Source: Candidatus Bathyarchaeota archaeon
GTDB taxonomy: Archaea; Thermoproteota; Bathyarchaeia; 40CM-2-53-6; RBG-13-38-9
Length of the DNA stretch: 64,000 bases
Reading direction: 5' to 3'
NCBI GenBank assembly: GCA_963807605.1
Contig: CAWECG010000003.1
Location: 384,001 to 448,000, forward strand
Part shown: positions 37,594 to 47,962 of the stretch, piece after piece
Layout of the letters: every line of letters begins with the position of its first letter
Numbering within the stretch: position 1 is the first letter of the stretch
Notes under the pieces: model-generated
Database searches by the model: none
What the model saw: the letters and a program-made list of their open reading frames with translations, nothing else
What the model was told of the DNA's origin: nothing
Position numbers and translations under genes: made by a program

Positions 37594-38937
37594 ATGGTAA
37601 GGACAAGCTATAACCATGCTTTGGTTAAAAAAGCTTCACAACTTGTTGGTAGTAGTGAGGCGGTTAGGAAGTGGTATGATGAGATTTCATTCACAAAACA
37701 GCCTCGTACAAGCTGCGATTATGTCAATGAACTTGCATGTTTTTGTGAGGATGTTAAGAAGACGCCTGAACAGCTTCTCGAGTTAAATGCCAAACACGCT
37801 TATGAACTCATGAAAGGGTGGGCGGGTCAGAAGATTAGGTTAAAGGTATATTCTCTTAAGACTGTCCATGCTCGATGGTATGCTATTCGGAGTTTCTTCA
37901 AATTTCATGAGATCGAGATCAAAGACGATTTTCCAATCCCGCATATCCGAACTAAGTTTTCTGATAAGATACCTACACGAGAGGATCTTCGTCAGATTCT
38001 TAATGCTGCCTCCTTTTTTAACACAAAGATTGGTATCCAGCTTCTCGCTTATTCTGGAATTCGACCTGAAGACATTTGTGATTTGACCTATGCTTCAATA
38101 AAACATGATTTCGAGAAAGAGATCTATCCTTGCTCTGTGTACGTGGCGCAGGGCAAAACGGGTGATGTTTATGTTACCTTCATGCCTCGTCAGACTGTAG
38201 AGACAATCAAGCAATATTTTAAGTTGAGAACTAAAAAGGGTGAGAAGATCGAGGATAACACCCCACTTTTGCGATGCCAAAGAGGAAAAGAGGTTAGAGG
38301 CATTAGGCGGAGAACCTTAAGCCACAAGATTAGGGAGGTTCTATTAAAGAGTGGAGTGGAAATAAAGGTAGAAATCGGTGATAGAATCAGGCGGATGCGT
38401 CCTTATAGTCTCAGGAAGTACTTCAGAAGCAACCTCTCAAGTGAAATGCAGACCGAGTTCAGTGAAGCTCTGGTTGGACACATAACGGGTTTGGCTCAAA
38501 TTTACAATGGGATTAGAGACTTGGATCCTGCTGCAATTGAGAGAATGAGAACAGCCTACTCTAAAGCGGAGTCCTTCCTTCTCGCTGATGGTGTAAATAT
38601 AGAGGGTCTACAAGAGATGTCTAAGAAGCTCAAGAATAATGAGGAGGAGTTGGCGTCTATTCGTTCTGAACTAATAGAATATAAGAAAGAAGAACTACAA
38701 CGGACAAAGAGACACATGATTCAAGAACTTCAAAGATTTAAACAGATTTCCAAGACCGAGGAAGAATTCCTGTCCAACTTTGATGGTTACATAGAAGGTT
38801 ATATCGAGGGTATCAGAAATTTGGCTGCGCAGGAAAAACGACCGCTGAGCGAAAGGGAAATGGCGGAAATCGCGCTAATTCAGACTATCACTACAGAAAC
38901 AAAAAGGGCTGTGTTCCGTGCTACTCCCATGGTTTAA
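37594..38937 (+). CDS. tyrosine recombinase/integrase (next to tRNA 5' end)
   Basis: AYSGIRPED (R), QGKTG (K), YSLRKYF, LVGH, AQIY (Y). Confidence 0.9.
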   Translation: MVRTSYNHALVKKASQLVGSSEAVRKWYDEISFTKQPRTSCDYVNELACFCEDVKKTPEQLLELNAKHAYELMKGWAGQKIRLKVYSLKTVHARWYAIRSFFKFHEIEIKDDFPIPHIRTKFSDKIPTREDLRQILNAASFFNTKIGIQLLAYSGIRPEDICDLTYASIKHDFEKEIYPCSVYVAQGKTGDVYVTFMPRQTVETIKQYFKLRTKKGEKIEDNTPLLRCQRGKEVRGIRRRTLSHKIREVLLKSGVEIKVEIGDRIRRMRPYSLRKYFRSNLSSEMQTEFSEALVGHITGLAQIYNGIRDLDPAAIERMRTAYSKAESFLLADGVNIEGLQEMSKKLKNNEEELASIRSELIEYKKEELQRTKRHMIQELQRFKQISKTEEEFLSNFDGYIEGYIEGIRNLAAQEKRPLSEREMAEIALIQTITTETKRAVFRATPMV

Positions 38938-39041
38938 GCCTGTGAGGTGGGCTTTCTTACTAACACTTGGTAACTCAGCAGGAAATGAAAGAAGAATCAA
39001 CGGGGAAAAAAGTAAGGACTAAAAAAGCTTCCGTTCCGCGA

Positions 39042-39296
39042 TTAGGCTTGTGGCGGCGCCTCTACTGCTTTTACCCTCTTCTTTCTTGCAGGAGGTCTGC
39101 CCCTTTTCTTTCTCGGTCTGCCCCTTCGTTTTCCTAGTGGGCGACCCTGTCTCTTTACAGGTTTGTTGACTATTGACAGGACGATATCTCTAATAGTTCC
39201 CTTAATCTCAGCTGGGACAGCGTTTATACTGTTCCTTAAGCTTTCAGCGGAGGTTAGCACTTCAGATATTATGCTTGAACTCTTCCTTCTCGGCAT
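39042..39296 (-). CDS. small basic protein with AT-hook-like GRP motifs
   Basis: QGRP, RRGRPRKKRGRPP. Confidence 0.6.
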   Translation of the reverse strand: MPRRKSSSIISEVLTSAESLRNSINAVPAEIKGTIRDIVLSIVNKPVKRQGRPLGKRRGRPRKKRGRPPARKKRVKAVEAPPQA

Positions 39297-39789
39297 AAAG
39301 ACACGTCACTACTATGTCTCACCCAACGTTAATTTAGCGTTATGCCTTTCTCCCTCTGTTTCCTCTTTATGGATAGCAGTAGAATCGTATGTTAGAGAAA
39401 TGACGATTAAAGAGCAGGCTAGACAAGCAATTCTTTGAGAGCCTGAAGGGCTGGATAAATTCAAAAGATACTAATGCGAGTAATATGAATCAAAATCTAA
39501 AACCGATGGTTAGTGGGGAACCTGAAGTAGTTGTCCCCGCCTTGTTGGATCGCACTCTGAGCTACAGAAACAATCAGTAAGTCCAGAAATGTCATGGTTA
39601 CTACTAGCCTGGCACTTACGGAACCATGCGGCACATGACTTGACCCCACAAAAGGTACTTGTTCAGCGATTCGGTGAAATTGTCCAGAGTCTAATGAACA
39701 CACTGTTTCTTTCTGTTCAATAGGTTGCTACGCGAATATGAAATGTAAATCAAGATTTTCTAAGCATATGCAAAGGACATTAGACTAGC

Positions 39790-40113
39790 ATGTGTTCGAG
39801 AGGAACTAAAGTATTAACATTCGAAGAGTGCCTTCAACAAATAGTCGAGAGCGCTCTCTCAAAACGTTTGGCTCTCTGGCTTGGTGCAGGAATATCATGC
39901 AAGCCACCTGCAAACTTACCATTAAGCAGAGAATTGAAGTTCCACATTCTCGAGAGGATTTGTCAATCAGACATGTTATGCCATATGTACGAGGAACGTC
40001 TACGCGGCCACACGCACACTGATTTTGTTTTGGGAAAACTAGAGGAAATCATAAGAGCGAGACGCGCCTTACTTACCCAAGAAGGAAAGAAAGTTGAAAG
40101 GATTAACGAGTAA
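39790..40113 (+). pseudogene. truncated SIR2-like domain N-terminus
   Basis: LALWLGAGIS..P.NLPL; rest of the domain missing. Confidence 0.6.
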
Positions 40114-40369
40114 AGAATACCTGTTCTTGAGGGTATTGGCTACTGTTATTTTCATTAATACCGTTGTTTTCTACGTTGCCTCACTCCACATGGAAACTTT
40201 CGTCGCTAATTTCTTTGAGGTTGTAGCGTTGACTACTGGCCTTACGGTCTTCGTTCTTACAATACAACTGCTGTTCTGGTGGAAATACCTACGAAGAACG
40301 GACAATCAGCGATTTTGGAGATGGGATGCAAGTACCCTCTTTTCTCGGAAACTAGAGAACTCGAACTAG
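40094..40369 (+). CDS. 2-TM membrane protein
   Basis: Two hydrophobic helices. Confidence 0.5.
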   Translation: MKGLTSKEYLFLRVLATVIFINTVVFYVASLHMETFVANFFEVVALTTGLTVFVLTIQLLFWWKYLRRTDNQRFWRWDASTLFSRKLENSN

Positions 40370-40415
40370 ACTGAGTTACTTTTTGCGTTCTGACCTCCCA
40401 CAGAACGCTAGAACA

Positions 40416-40990
40416 CTACCACCCGATAATGCAACAGAGCACCTTTCCTGGGGGGCGTCCTCGCCGCTTTGCAGGTTTGCTGACTATCGCCTTAGCCATG
40501 TCTCTAATCCTATCTTTAATCTCAACTGGTACGTATCTTTCGAAAGACTCTTGTAAGACGATTCGCTCAGGCTCTGATAAGTCGGAGTTACTTGAGAATT
40601 GGGCGATTTCATACCATAGAAGAGTTGTGTTGACGCGTCCAGATTCGACTGCCTCCCTGATTGTTTTCCTGCCCTCCTCTACTCCAAAGTTCAGTGCTAT
40701 GGAAATAGCGAGCCAGACGTTCAAACCAGCATCATTGGGACAAAACCTCACACCTGCCCGAGCAGCCTCTAGCGCCTGTGGCTTCTGATTCGCAGATCTC
40801 AGAGTAAGGATCTTGTCGTTGTGATAGATGGGATTGTTTGGATTCAGTGTGATCGCAATGTCGTACTCCTTGGCAGCTTCATCAAATCTCTTCAGACCAT
40901 ACAGAGCGACGCCTTTGTTGTTGTGATAGATGGGATCGTCTGGATTTAGTCTGATTGCGATGTCGTACTCCTCAACCGCTCCTCAAATCT
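40416..40990 (-). pseudogene. 5'-truncated TPR protein
   Basis: Frame of ORF 40416-40751 extends upstream as EEYDIAIRLNPDDPIYHNNKGVALYGLKRFDEAAKEYDIAITLNPNNPIYHND, with no start codon. Confidence 0.65.
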
Positions 40991-42411
40991 CTGCTAACAC
41001 AATTTAATTCTGTCTTGATCTTATCGTAGATTGGAAGGGGAATCACGACGTCACTTGACCCAGGCATAAATCTATTCTTCCATGTCTACTCTTAGCAAAT
41101 AGGTTCTTATTTTGTTATCTACAGGGTAACGTCAAGTTCTCGGTTTCACTTGGTTCGTCGTAGCATCCTGGAGTCCATACTTCTTCCTGGTTATCCCGAA
41201 GCTTTTCTCGAAATCTTGGCGTTTGATCTTCTCGCTGGGAGGACTTGTGAGTTCATACTTGACTTTGAAAAGTTCAGCGAGTGTGAAGAAGAAGCCCAAG
41301 TGAAAAATGTCCTGTTGCTCTTCCGCTTGTAGTCCCAATCGGTCGAAGAGCCGGACTAGGCTCGGCGTCGTTTCCTTAGTTGCGTTCAGAGTGAAGTACA
41401 GGTAGCAGTCACGAAAATCAGCGACGTGCGTTTGAAGTCTTTAGGCTTCTGGTGAGAGGGTGTTGAAGACTGACGTGTAATTCGACCTTTCGACGAAGCT
41501 CCATGATCAGATTCACGGCTTTGCTATGCCAATTCATAGCCGTTTTTTCACGGTCATCAAAATAGCGCATGATGCTGTACGCTCACTCGCAAGTCGGTGG
41601 TGGTGCTCACAAAGGGAGTGGGTGGTGGTGTCTTAGCTGGTGATTTTGAACCTTCTCTGAAATGTTACTACGGAAAGACCACATCGACCATACAAAAACG
41701 ATTAAGAAAACGCGACTTCAAAATCTATAGACAAGGAAAACAATGCCACGTAGTTGGAAAGCCATCCTCAAAGTGGACATTCATACACTCTATACTAGGA
41801 GCTGCCCTTTTTCTGAATCAAATTAAGTTCTCGTGATGCCAATAATTGTGCCAGTCGTTACAACATAGCAGAAGCAACACACTGTAGTGGTTGTAGGTTG
41901 TAACATAAGAGTCAGCAGAAAACCCACGCTGGTTAAACTTGACCCAATAGTTCGGCCATTTCGGCACTATTTATCTATTGAGTGACTTTGAAGATTAAAA
42001 AAGAATTACAGGCCCCAATTCGTTGGTATTTGTCGGTAGTTTACTTTCAGCGACCCATTTCTTTCCTCCAGTCTCAGAGATTTTCGGTGTCCTATTCCTC
42101 ATCCTTGCGATTCGTTTATTATTACTTTCTCAAGCTTCTTGAGTAGAGATCCTTGAAGCTCTTCGGGCGCATTGGGTTATGCTACCTTGAAAATGTCGAG
42201 GTCTTCAGTAATTTTCCTATACCGTAGGATCATTCATATTTAGCACTTCTTGTACAATGAAGGGGGATCGTCGGTTCATATCTTAGAGACATTTGCAAGG
42301 GATGATATACTCAATTGTCTGCGCGCTTGCTAAAAAAGGATAGATTCGGGCTATTTCTCAGAAGGGTGAACCAACATTGCTAGCGCCATTCACCATGGGT
42401 GATGTCAAAGC

Positions 42412-44337
42412 ATGGGTGGACGAAAGAAAGCCCTGCTAGCATTCCTTATTTGCTTCCTTCTTGCTGCGCTACTTTTTCTAATGCGAGGAAATCCGACGGT
42501 TGGTGCAATCGTTGGTATAATAACACTGGCACCTACGATAGCATGGCTTTTAGGATTCGATCCTAGAGACTTATTCAAGAAACAAACTGGTCGATCAGAC
42601 GCCGAGATCATTGTGAAAGCACAGTTTAGAATGGGGCCATTAAAAGAGCTAACAGAGTCATACCGAGGGGCTGAGGCTATCAAATCTTATGAAGACGGGC
42701 ATTCAATTATTCTTCTCAATCGTTTATCCATCAAAAATGCGGCAATAATGTCTGCATTTCAGCTCATTCAAGAGGGGAGGTATGAGGAGGCCGACGCCAA
42801 AGTCACAACGGAACTCCTAAAGACTCAGGAGATCCTATCCAGCTCACTTCTACTTAGTCAAACGTATCTGATCAGAGCAGACACACTGTTACACAAGAAT
42901 TCCTACTTAGAGGCGGAGAGATACTACGGGTTATCTCACGAACTAGCTACTTCAATCGATAATGTTCCGTTGATGATTGCGTCGGATGATGGCTTGGCAG
43001 TTGCCAAAGGGAGACAAGGCAGAAATTCTGAAGCTCTAGAGATTGTTGAACGGATCCTGCAAGGCTATCCAGACCGCGCTAAAGCATGGTACAATAAAGG
43101 AGTAGCCCTCAGCATGCTAAATAGGAATGATGAAGCACTAGTTGCCTTCGATAAAGCGATTGAATTAGAACCAGACTATGTTGTTGCTTGGAGCAATAAA
43201 GGTACTATGCTCAGCTTACTCGGCAGAAATGACGAAGCCCTTGTTGCCTTCGAGGAGGCAATAAGACTGAAGCCTGATTTTTCCCGCGCGCTGTACAACA
43301 AAGCAGCCTCTCTTCGCAAGCTGGGAAAAGTCGATCAAGCCTTAACTGCGCTGAAAGAGGCTTCTAAAAGAAGCACAAGGGATAGTGATTCATTAAATCA
43401 TGAAGGTGCCATCCTCGGCGAATTCGGCAAACATAAGAAGGCCCTAGCTGTTTTGGAAGAAGCACTAAGGCTGAACCCTAAAAATTACGAGGCGTGGTAC
43501 AACAAGGGAGTTAGTCTGTATCGACTTGGCAAACATGAGCAGGCACTGGACGCATTCAATAAGGCAATAGGGCTAGACCCGAACCACAGGGATGCATGGT
43601 TTGACAAAGGGATAATTCTCAAGAATTCTGGAAAGTATGAACCCGCCATAGCGGCATTCGATGAGGTCACAAAAATTGATCCTAGATTTGGTGCGGCATG
43701 GTACAACAAAGGCTTAGTCCTCGGCATGCTTGATAGGGTGGGTCAAGCACTGGTTGCCTTTGAAGAATCCATAAAACTAGATCCAAGCAATGCTTTTGCA
43801 TGGTATAACAGGGCAATAGCTTTGCGTAAGCTCGGCAGATTAGAGCAAGCTCTAGATGCCCATGAACAAGCACTTAGGATCGAGCCTAAGCTTGCAGCGG
43901 CGTGGGATGACAAAGGAGTCATACTTTCCTCGCTCGGCAAGTACAAACAAGCCGTTTCTGCCTTTGAAGAAGCCCTGAAAATTGACCACAATAACGCGCA
44001 GCCATGGTATAATAAAGGACTTGCTGAATTGAGGCTCGGAAAGTTTCAAGACGCTGTGAATTCCCTTGGAGAGTCCCTTAGACTCAACCCTCGAATCATT
44101 CCTGCATGGAATGACAAAGGAGTCGCTCTGATTGAACTTGGTGACTTCGAGGAAGCTCTATCAGCTTTTGAGGAAGTTCTGAAACTCGATCCAAATCTCG
44201 TTGCAGCGTGGGTTAACAAGGCAAACGTTCTCCGCAAGCTCGGGAGATTAGAAGAAGCTGATAGGGCAGCTGATCGAGCACTGGCGATAGCGCGAGCTAC
44301 TAATGATAGAACCAACAACAAAAGAAGTTTCAGATAG
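42412..44337 (+). CDS. membrane-anchored TPR-repeat protein
   Basis: Two N-terminal TMs; about 12-13 AWYNKG-type 34-aa repeats. Confidence 0.9.
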   Translation: MGGRKKALLAFLICFLLAALLFLMRGNPTVGAIVGIITLAPTIAWLLGFDPRDLFKKQTGRSDAEIIVKAQFRMGPLKELTESYRGAEAIKSYEDGHSIILLNRLSIKNAAIMSAFQLIQEGRYEEADAKVTTELLKTQEILSSSLLLSQTYLIRADTLLHKNSYLEAERYYGLSHELATSIDNVPLMIASDDGLAVAKGRQGRNSEALEIVERILQGYPDRAKAWYNKGVALSMLNRNDEALVAFDKAIELEPDYVVAWSNKGTMLSLLGRNDEALVAFEEAIRLKPDFSRALYNKAASLRKLGKVDQALTALKEASKRSTRDSDSLNHEGAILGEFGKHKKALAVLEEALRLNPKNYEAWYNKGVSLYRLGKHEQALDAFNKAIGLDPNHRDAWFDKGIILKNSGKYEPAIAAFDEVTKIDPRFGAAWYNKGLVLGMLDRVGQALVAFEESIKLDPSNAFAWYNRAIALRKLGRLEQALDAHEQALRIEPKLAAAWDDKGVILSSLGKYKQAVSAFEEALKIDHNNAQPWYNKGLAELRLGKFQDAVNSLGESLRLNPRIIPAWNDKGVALIELGDFEEALSAFEEVLKLDPNLVAAWVNKANVLRKLGRLEEADRAADRALAIARATNDRTNNKRSFR

Positions 44338-44385
44338 CATTAGAAAAATCAACACGAATGAGTCTATCGATATTAGAAGTAGGTA

Positions 44386-45144
44386 ATGATCTTGGATGAG
44401 CATGCGTTGGACAGACTGCAGGAGAAACTGAATCTGGGAAGGTTCGACAACACTTTTTTGATTGGAATTCCAGTAAGTTTCTTTCTGATAAGTGGATTCT
44501 ACACATGGCAGAAAGGGCTATTCGTCAGCCTCGGCTTACCTATGAATCCATATCCTTTCTGGATATACCCGACTGCTCTCATATGGATGGCGTCTGTCTG
44601 CTATTTATTTGCATACTTCCATGACAATCTAAAACTCAGGTTGTGGGTTTACAATTTCTATTATTATTTTATCGTCGTCAGCGCGATCCCCTTTGGCTAC
44701 GCACTGTTCTTGAAACTGAATGGTTTATTTTACGCAAGTCTAAAAGAGTTTATGTTTCTCGCATATGCGTACAATTATGTCTTTTTCTTAGTGGGGGGAA
44801 TCTATGTTTATAGAATTCTTGGAGACTACTCATACTCCGCCTTAATTAGATGGTTGAAGACAAATGCTCCAATGCGCTCAAAAGAGATAGAAGTTGATTC
44901 TAAGACGTTTTTGCTACTCTGGCCGTATCGGTCGGTGAACATCAGAAGATCCATAGAGGTTTTTGCATTTTTGACTATCCCTGAATCAATGTTCATAATC
45001 TTCAGCCTGTACGTTATGAGGACAGAAAACAAAAATGCAGCGGTTGCTTTATGGTTCTTTCCGTCATTCTACATGCTCTTTTTGATTGTGATTCATTTGA
45101 TTCTTCGCTATGGAATCCCTCCAACTCGTCATGAGAGCAAATAG
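44386..45144 (+). CDS. multi-pass membrane protein
   Basis: About 6 hydrophobic, aromatic-rich helices. Confidence 0.7.
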   Translation: MILDEHALDRLQEKLNLGRFDNTFLIGIPVSFFLISGFYTWQKGLFVSLGLPMNPYPFWIYPTALIWMASVCYLFAYFHDNLKLRLWVYNFYYYFIVVSAIPFGYALFLKLNGLFYASLKEFMFLAYAYNYVFFLVGGIYVYRILGDYSYSALIRWLKTNAPMRSKEIEVDSKTFLLLWPYRSVNIRRSIEVFAFLTIPESMFIIFSLYVMRTENKNAAVALWFFPSFYMLFLIVIHLILRYGIPPTRHESK

Positions 45145-45155
45145 ACTACAGGAGA

Positions 45156-45179
45156 GTCGTCGTCGCTCACCAGCTATGG
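45156..45179 (+). repeat. GCTCACCAGCTA dispersed repeat
   Basis: gtcgtcgtcgctcaccagctatgg, starting 11 bp after a stop codon. Confidence 0.7.
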
Positions 45180-45347
45180 TGTAAATTCCCATGGCAAATT
45201 GTTAAAGCATCATATCATAATCTAATGTGGAGAGCTTGAGATGACAGGCTCGACTTCTGTTATCGTCGTAGATTCGAAGCCACACATGAGAGCATGACTA
45301 GGTGGCTAATTACGCGCACGTAAATCGATCTCAGAGAATGGATTCTG

Positions 45348-45905
45348 ATGGAAGACGAACAGGTGAAAGAACTAGTCTGCTATCAATGCGATCCAAAGGG
45401 CGTAAATCGGAAGATAGTGAAAGTTGAGCAAAACGAAGGCGATAAGATTCGCTACCTAGAATGCGGCCACAAGTCACGAATGTTCTTCCGTACCCTGTCT
45501 GATCGCGTAACTGTATCAGATTCATTTTTCACATCTCTAATCATCAACCCGCTCCCAGAGATTGAGCAGTCGCTCAAGAATCAGGATTACTTTAGGGCTG
45601 TAGCGTATCTTGCAGCAATGCTCGAATACTACGGAAAAGTTTCCATTGATGCGACACTCAGAGCACAAAATAGGAACATAGATAGTGATCGCCTCGACAG
45701 GTTTGGTTTGGAAGAAGTAGCGATTCTTCTCTACAGCTTTGATATAATCGACCAGCCTTGCTATTCGGCGGTCCTCAGACTTAGCAAGCTTCGCAATAGG
45801 CTTCTACACATCAAGGACATGGCTGAATTTCGGACAACTCTGGGAGTTGAAGCTGAGACAGCTGTAAAGAAAGGAATGGAATGTATTCGTGTTTTAATGA
45901 AGTGA
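45348..45905 (+). CDS. zinc-ribbon + HEPN-like protein
   Basis: CYQC...CGH; C-terminal LRNRLLH (RxxxxH). Confidence 0.6.
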   Translation: MEDEQVKELVCYQCDPKGVNRKIVKVEQNEGDKIRYLECGHKSRMFFRTLSDRVTVSDSFFTSLIINPLPEIEQSLKNQDYFRAVAYLAAMLEYYGKVSIDATLRAQNRNIDSDRLDRFGLEEVAILLYSFDIIDQPCYSAVLRLSKLRNRLLHIKDMAEFRTTLGVEAETAVKKGMECIRVLMK

Positions 45906-45962
45906 AATCAGAGTTCTAGGATGATCAAGAACTTTTATAGAGAGATCTTAGGGTTTTCGTCT

Positions 45963-45992
45963 TCGTCGCTCACCAGCTATGGCACACACACA
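45963..45992 (+). repeat. GCTCACCAGCTA dispersed repeat
   Basis: tcgtcgctcaccagctatggcacacacaca. Confidence 0.7.
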
Positions 45993-46064
45993 ATCAATAC
46001 CAAGCGGTTCAACATTAACACAAATTACATAAGTTCATTGACGGAACCCATGTAAAGACGCGGT

Positions 46065-46799
46065 ATGATGAAGAGATATCCCCTCGCTGTTTCTGTCAAA
46101 CAGGTGATAGCGCGTATACAGATGCTTTTGGAACAATTTGAATCACCATTCAAGGCATCAGATCTTTATAAAATCAGAAGAGGAGTTATCACAACGAATA
46201 AGGACGAATCCATAGACTATGAAGCTGCTATCACATACCTAGATAAAACAAATCAGGTAAGAATACTCGAGAAGAAGGAACCCTTTGACGAGACCGTATT
46301 CGAACCTACAATAGACTTTGGTGTTTCAAGACCTACACTTCCGGTCGCATTGCCGACGGCTGCCAAAGGAAAAATAGCGTCTGATGCTGGGATGATGCTA
46401 GAAGCATACGCGGCTCTTTATGTTCTTGAGAACACACTCCGAGATTTTATTGAAGAAAGATTAAAGCAATCGTTTCAATCAGATTGGTGGCAAAAGGGGA
46501 TACCTGCAGCCGTCAACAAAAAAGTGGTTCAAAGAAAAGCAGACATACGGACAAGATGGCACCACATTGCAGTAGGTTCGCCTCTTATGATGACTGATTT
46601 TAATGATCTCGCCGGCATAATTAGTGTCAACTGGGTTGCCTTCAAGGAAACTATGGGTGATTTGGAACGGGTTAAGTCTGTTTTGGCTGAACTTGAAGTC
46701 CCCAGAAACATAGTTGCACACTGCAATCCGCTTGCTCCAGATGAGAAGACAAGACTCCTGCAAAACGTTCGGATTGTCATGAAATTGAGCGGTAGATAA
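46065..46799 (+). CDS. Swt1-like HEPN domain protein
   Basis: YAALYVLENTLRDFI, DWW, DFNDL..II..NW..F, RNIVAH. Confidence 0.82.
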   Translation: MMKRYPLAVSVKQVIARIQMLLEQFESPFKASDLYKIRRGVITTNKDESIDYEAAITYLDKTNQVRILEKKEPFDETVFEPTIDFGVSRPTLPVALPTAAKGKIASDAGMMLEAYAALYVLENTLRDFIEERLKQSFQSDWWQKGIPAAVNKKVVQRKADIRTRWHHIAVGSPLMMTDFNDLAGIISVNWVAFKETMGDLERVKSVLAELEVPRNIVAHCNPLAPDEKTRLLQNVRIVMKLSGR

Positions 46800-46832
46800 A
46801 CAGTTTTGCTGACGTAGCAAGCCTATCCATTT

Positions 46833-46875
46833 TGGTGGTGGTGCTCACCAGCTATGACCGACGACGACACACACA
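46833..46875 (+). repeat. GCTCACCAGCTA dispersed repeat
   Basis: tggtggtggtgctcaccagctatgaccgacgacgacacacaca. Confidence 0.7.
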
Positions 46876-47674
46876 ACCGTGGAGCATCCGGAAACGCTGA
46901 CATCATAACTACCGTGTAGCATACTGACGGAGCCAAGATCGAGATAGACTGGATTCTAGTCCGTAAGTTTGTTGATCCAGAACCCACTCACGGAAGCTGG
47001 GGAAGCGAAGAAGAACTATACAACTCTTCCCAGCAAGCCTAGCTTCTCAGCAGCTCTACACCTACTAGCGGAGGTTCTATGATTCAAGATAAAACTTGTC
47101 GTCTACTATGAGAACCATACCTCTCGGCCTTCCAGCATTGAGCTCATGTATCCTTGAAAAGTGGCGCCGCTGAGGCTAACTCTGCATGGGATGCAGAGCT
47201 CACAGTAGTCAACCCAGATGATGATATTGGAGAAACCTTTCAGGAAAGTCGAGAAAAAGGGAACAAAGAACGGCGGCACGAACACGGAATCATCGCGACA
47301 GCATCCTGGGGTGGACCTCTAGTCTTGAAAACCCTGTCATGCCCTGTTCCTTGAAATCTCCACATCCGTTGGTTGATGATCTCTACGTACAAAGACTTCC
47401 AGAGTGGTCATTGCAGAGCGTGATTACTCGATCAAGACGACGAGAATTCGAGGGCAAAAATCGCTTGAAAGCAGTTCTCATACATGCTGTTTCATATCAT
47501 TCGAGATGGCTACCTCAACTGTGAATGTCGTTCACCGAAAAACCGCTTCCGGGGCAGTCTTCCTAAACAGATTCCACGCATACTGGATCTGAAGACTTTT
47601 AAACAAAACGTAGCAATCTCGTTCGAGGATTCTCGACTAGTTTGGCACACTTCTCCGAGGGTTGAGGCACATAG

Positions 47675-47962
47675 ATGGCCTTAAACATTAGGGAAAAGGG
47701 TAGAGAGGCCTTGAATGAGCTTCTTGAGTTCGGTCTTTTTGTTCTCGTAGATACAGGGGCGTTGCTTATGATAGTCATGGCCCTTTGGATAGGCGAAGTG
47801 GCGGTGAGTTATCGCTATACTGAGACGTATCTAGTCTTTGAAGTGCTTCACCAAGCTTCATACGTGGGGCTCTTTCTCCCTTATTGTGCTTTGCTAGTAT
47901 TCGATGCCTACAAGTTTCTAATCCTCAGGAAGAGGAGATTGGCCCGTGAAGTTTGGACTTAG
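47675..47962 (+). CDS. small membrane protein
   Basis: Two hydrophobic helices; overlaps the start of tyrS. Confidence 0.55.
   Translation: MALNIREKGREALNELLEFGLFVLVDTGALLMIVMALWIGEVAVSYRYTETYLVFEVLHQASYVGLFLPYCALLVFDAYKFLILRKRRLAREVWT

Noticed and set aside
43485-44321. Antisense ORFs within the TPR gene, and similar shadow ORFs throughout the track
   Set aside because: They overlap well-supported genes on the opposite strand or frame and carry no motifs
46880-47670. Short ORFs 47154-47684
   Set aside because: Mutually overlapping with no recognisable domains; probably decayed sequence
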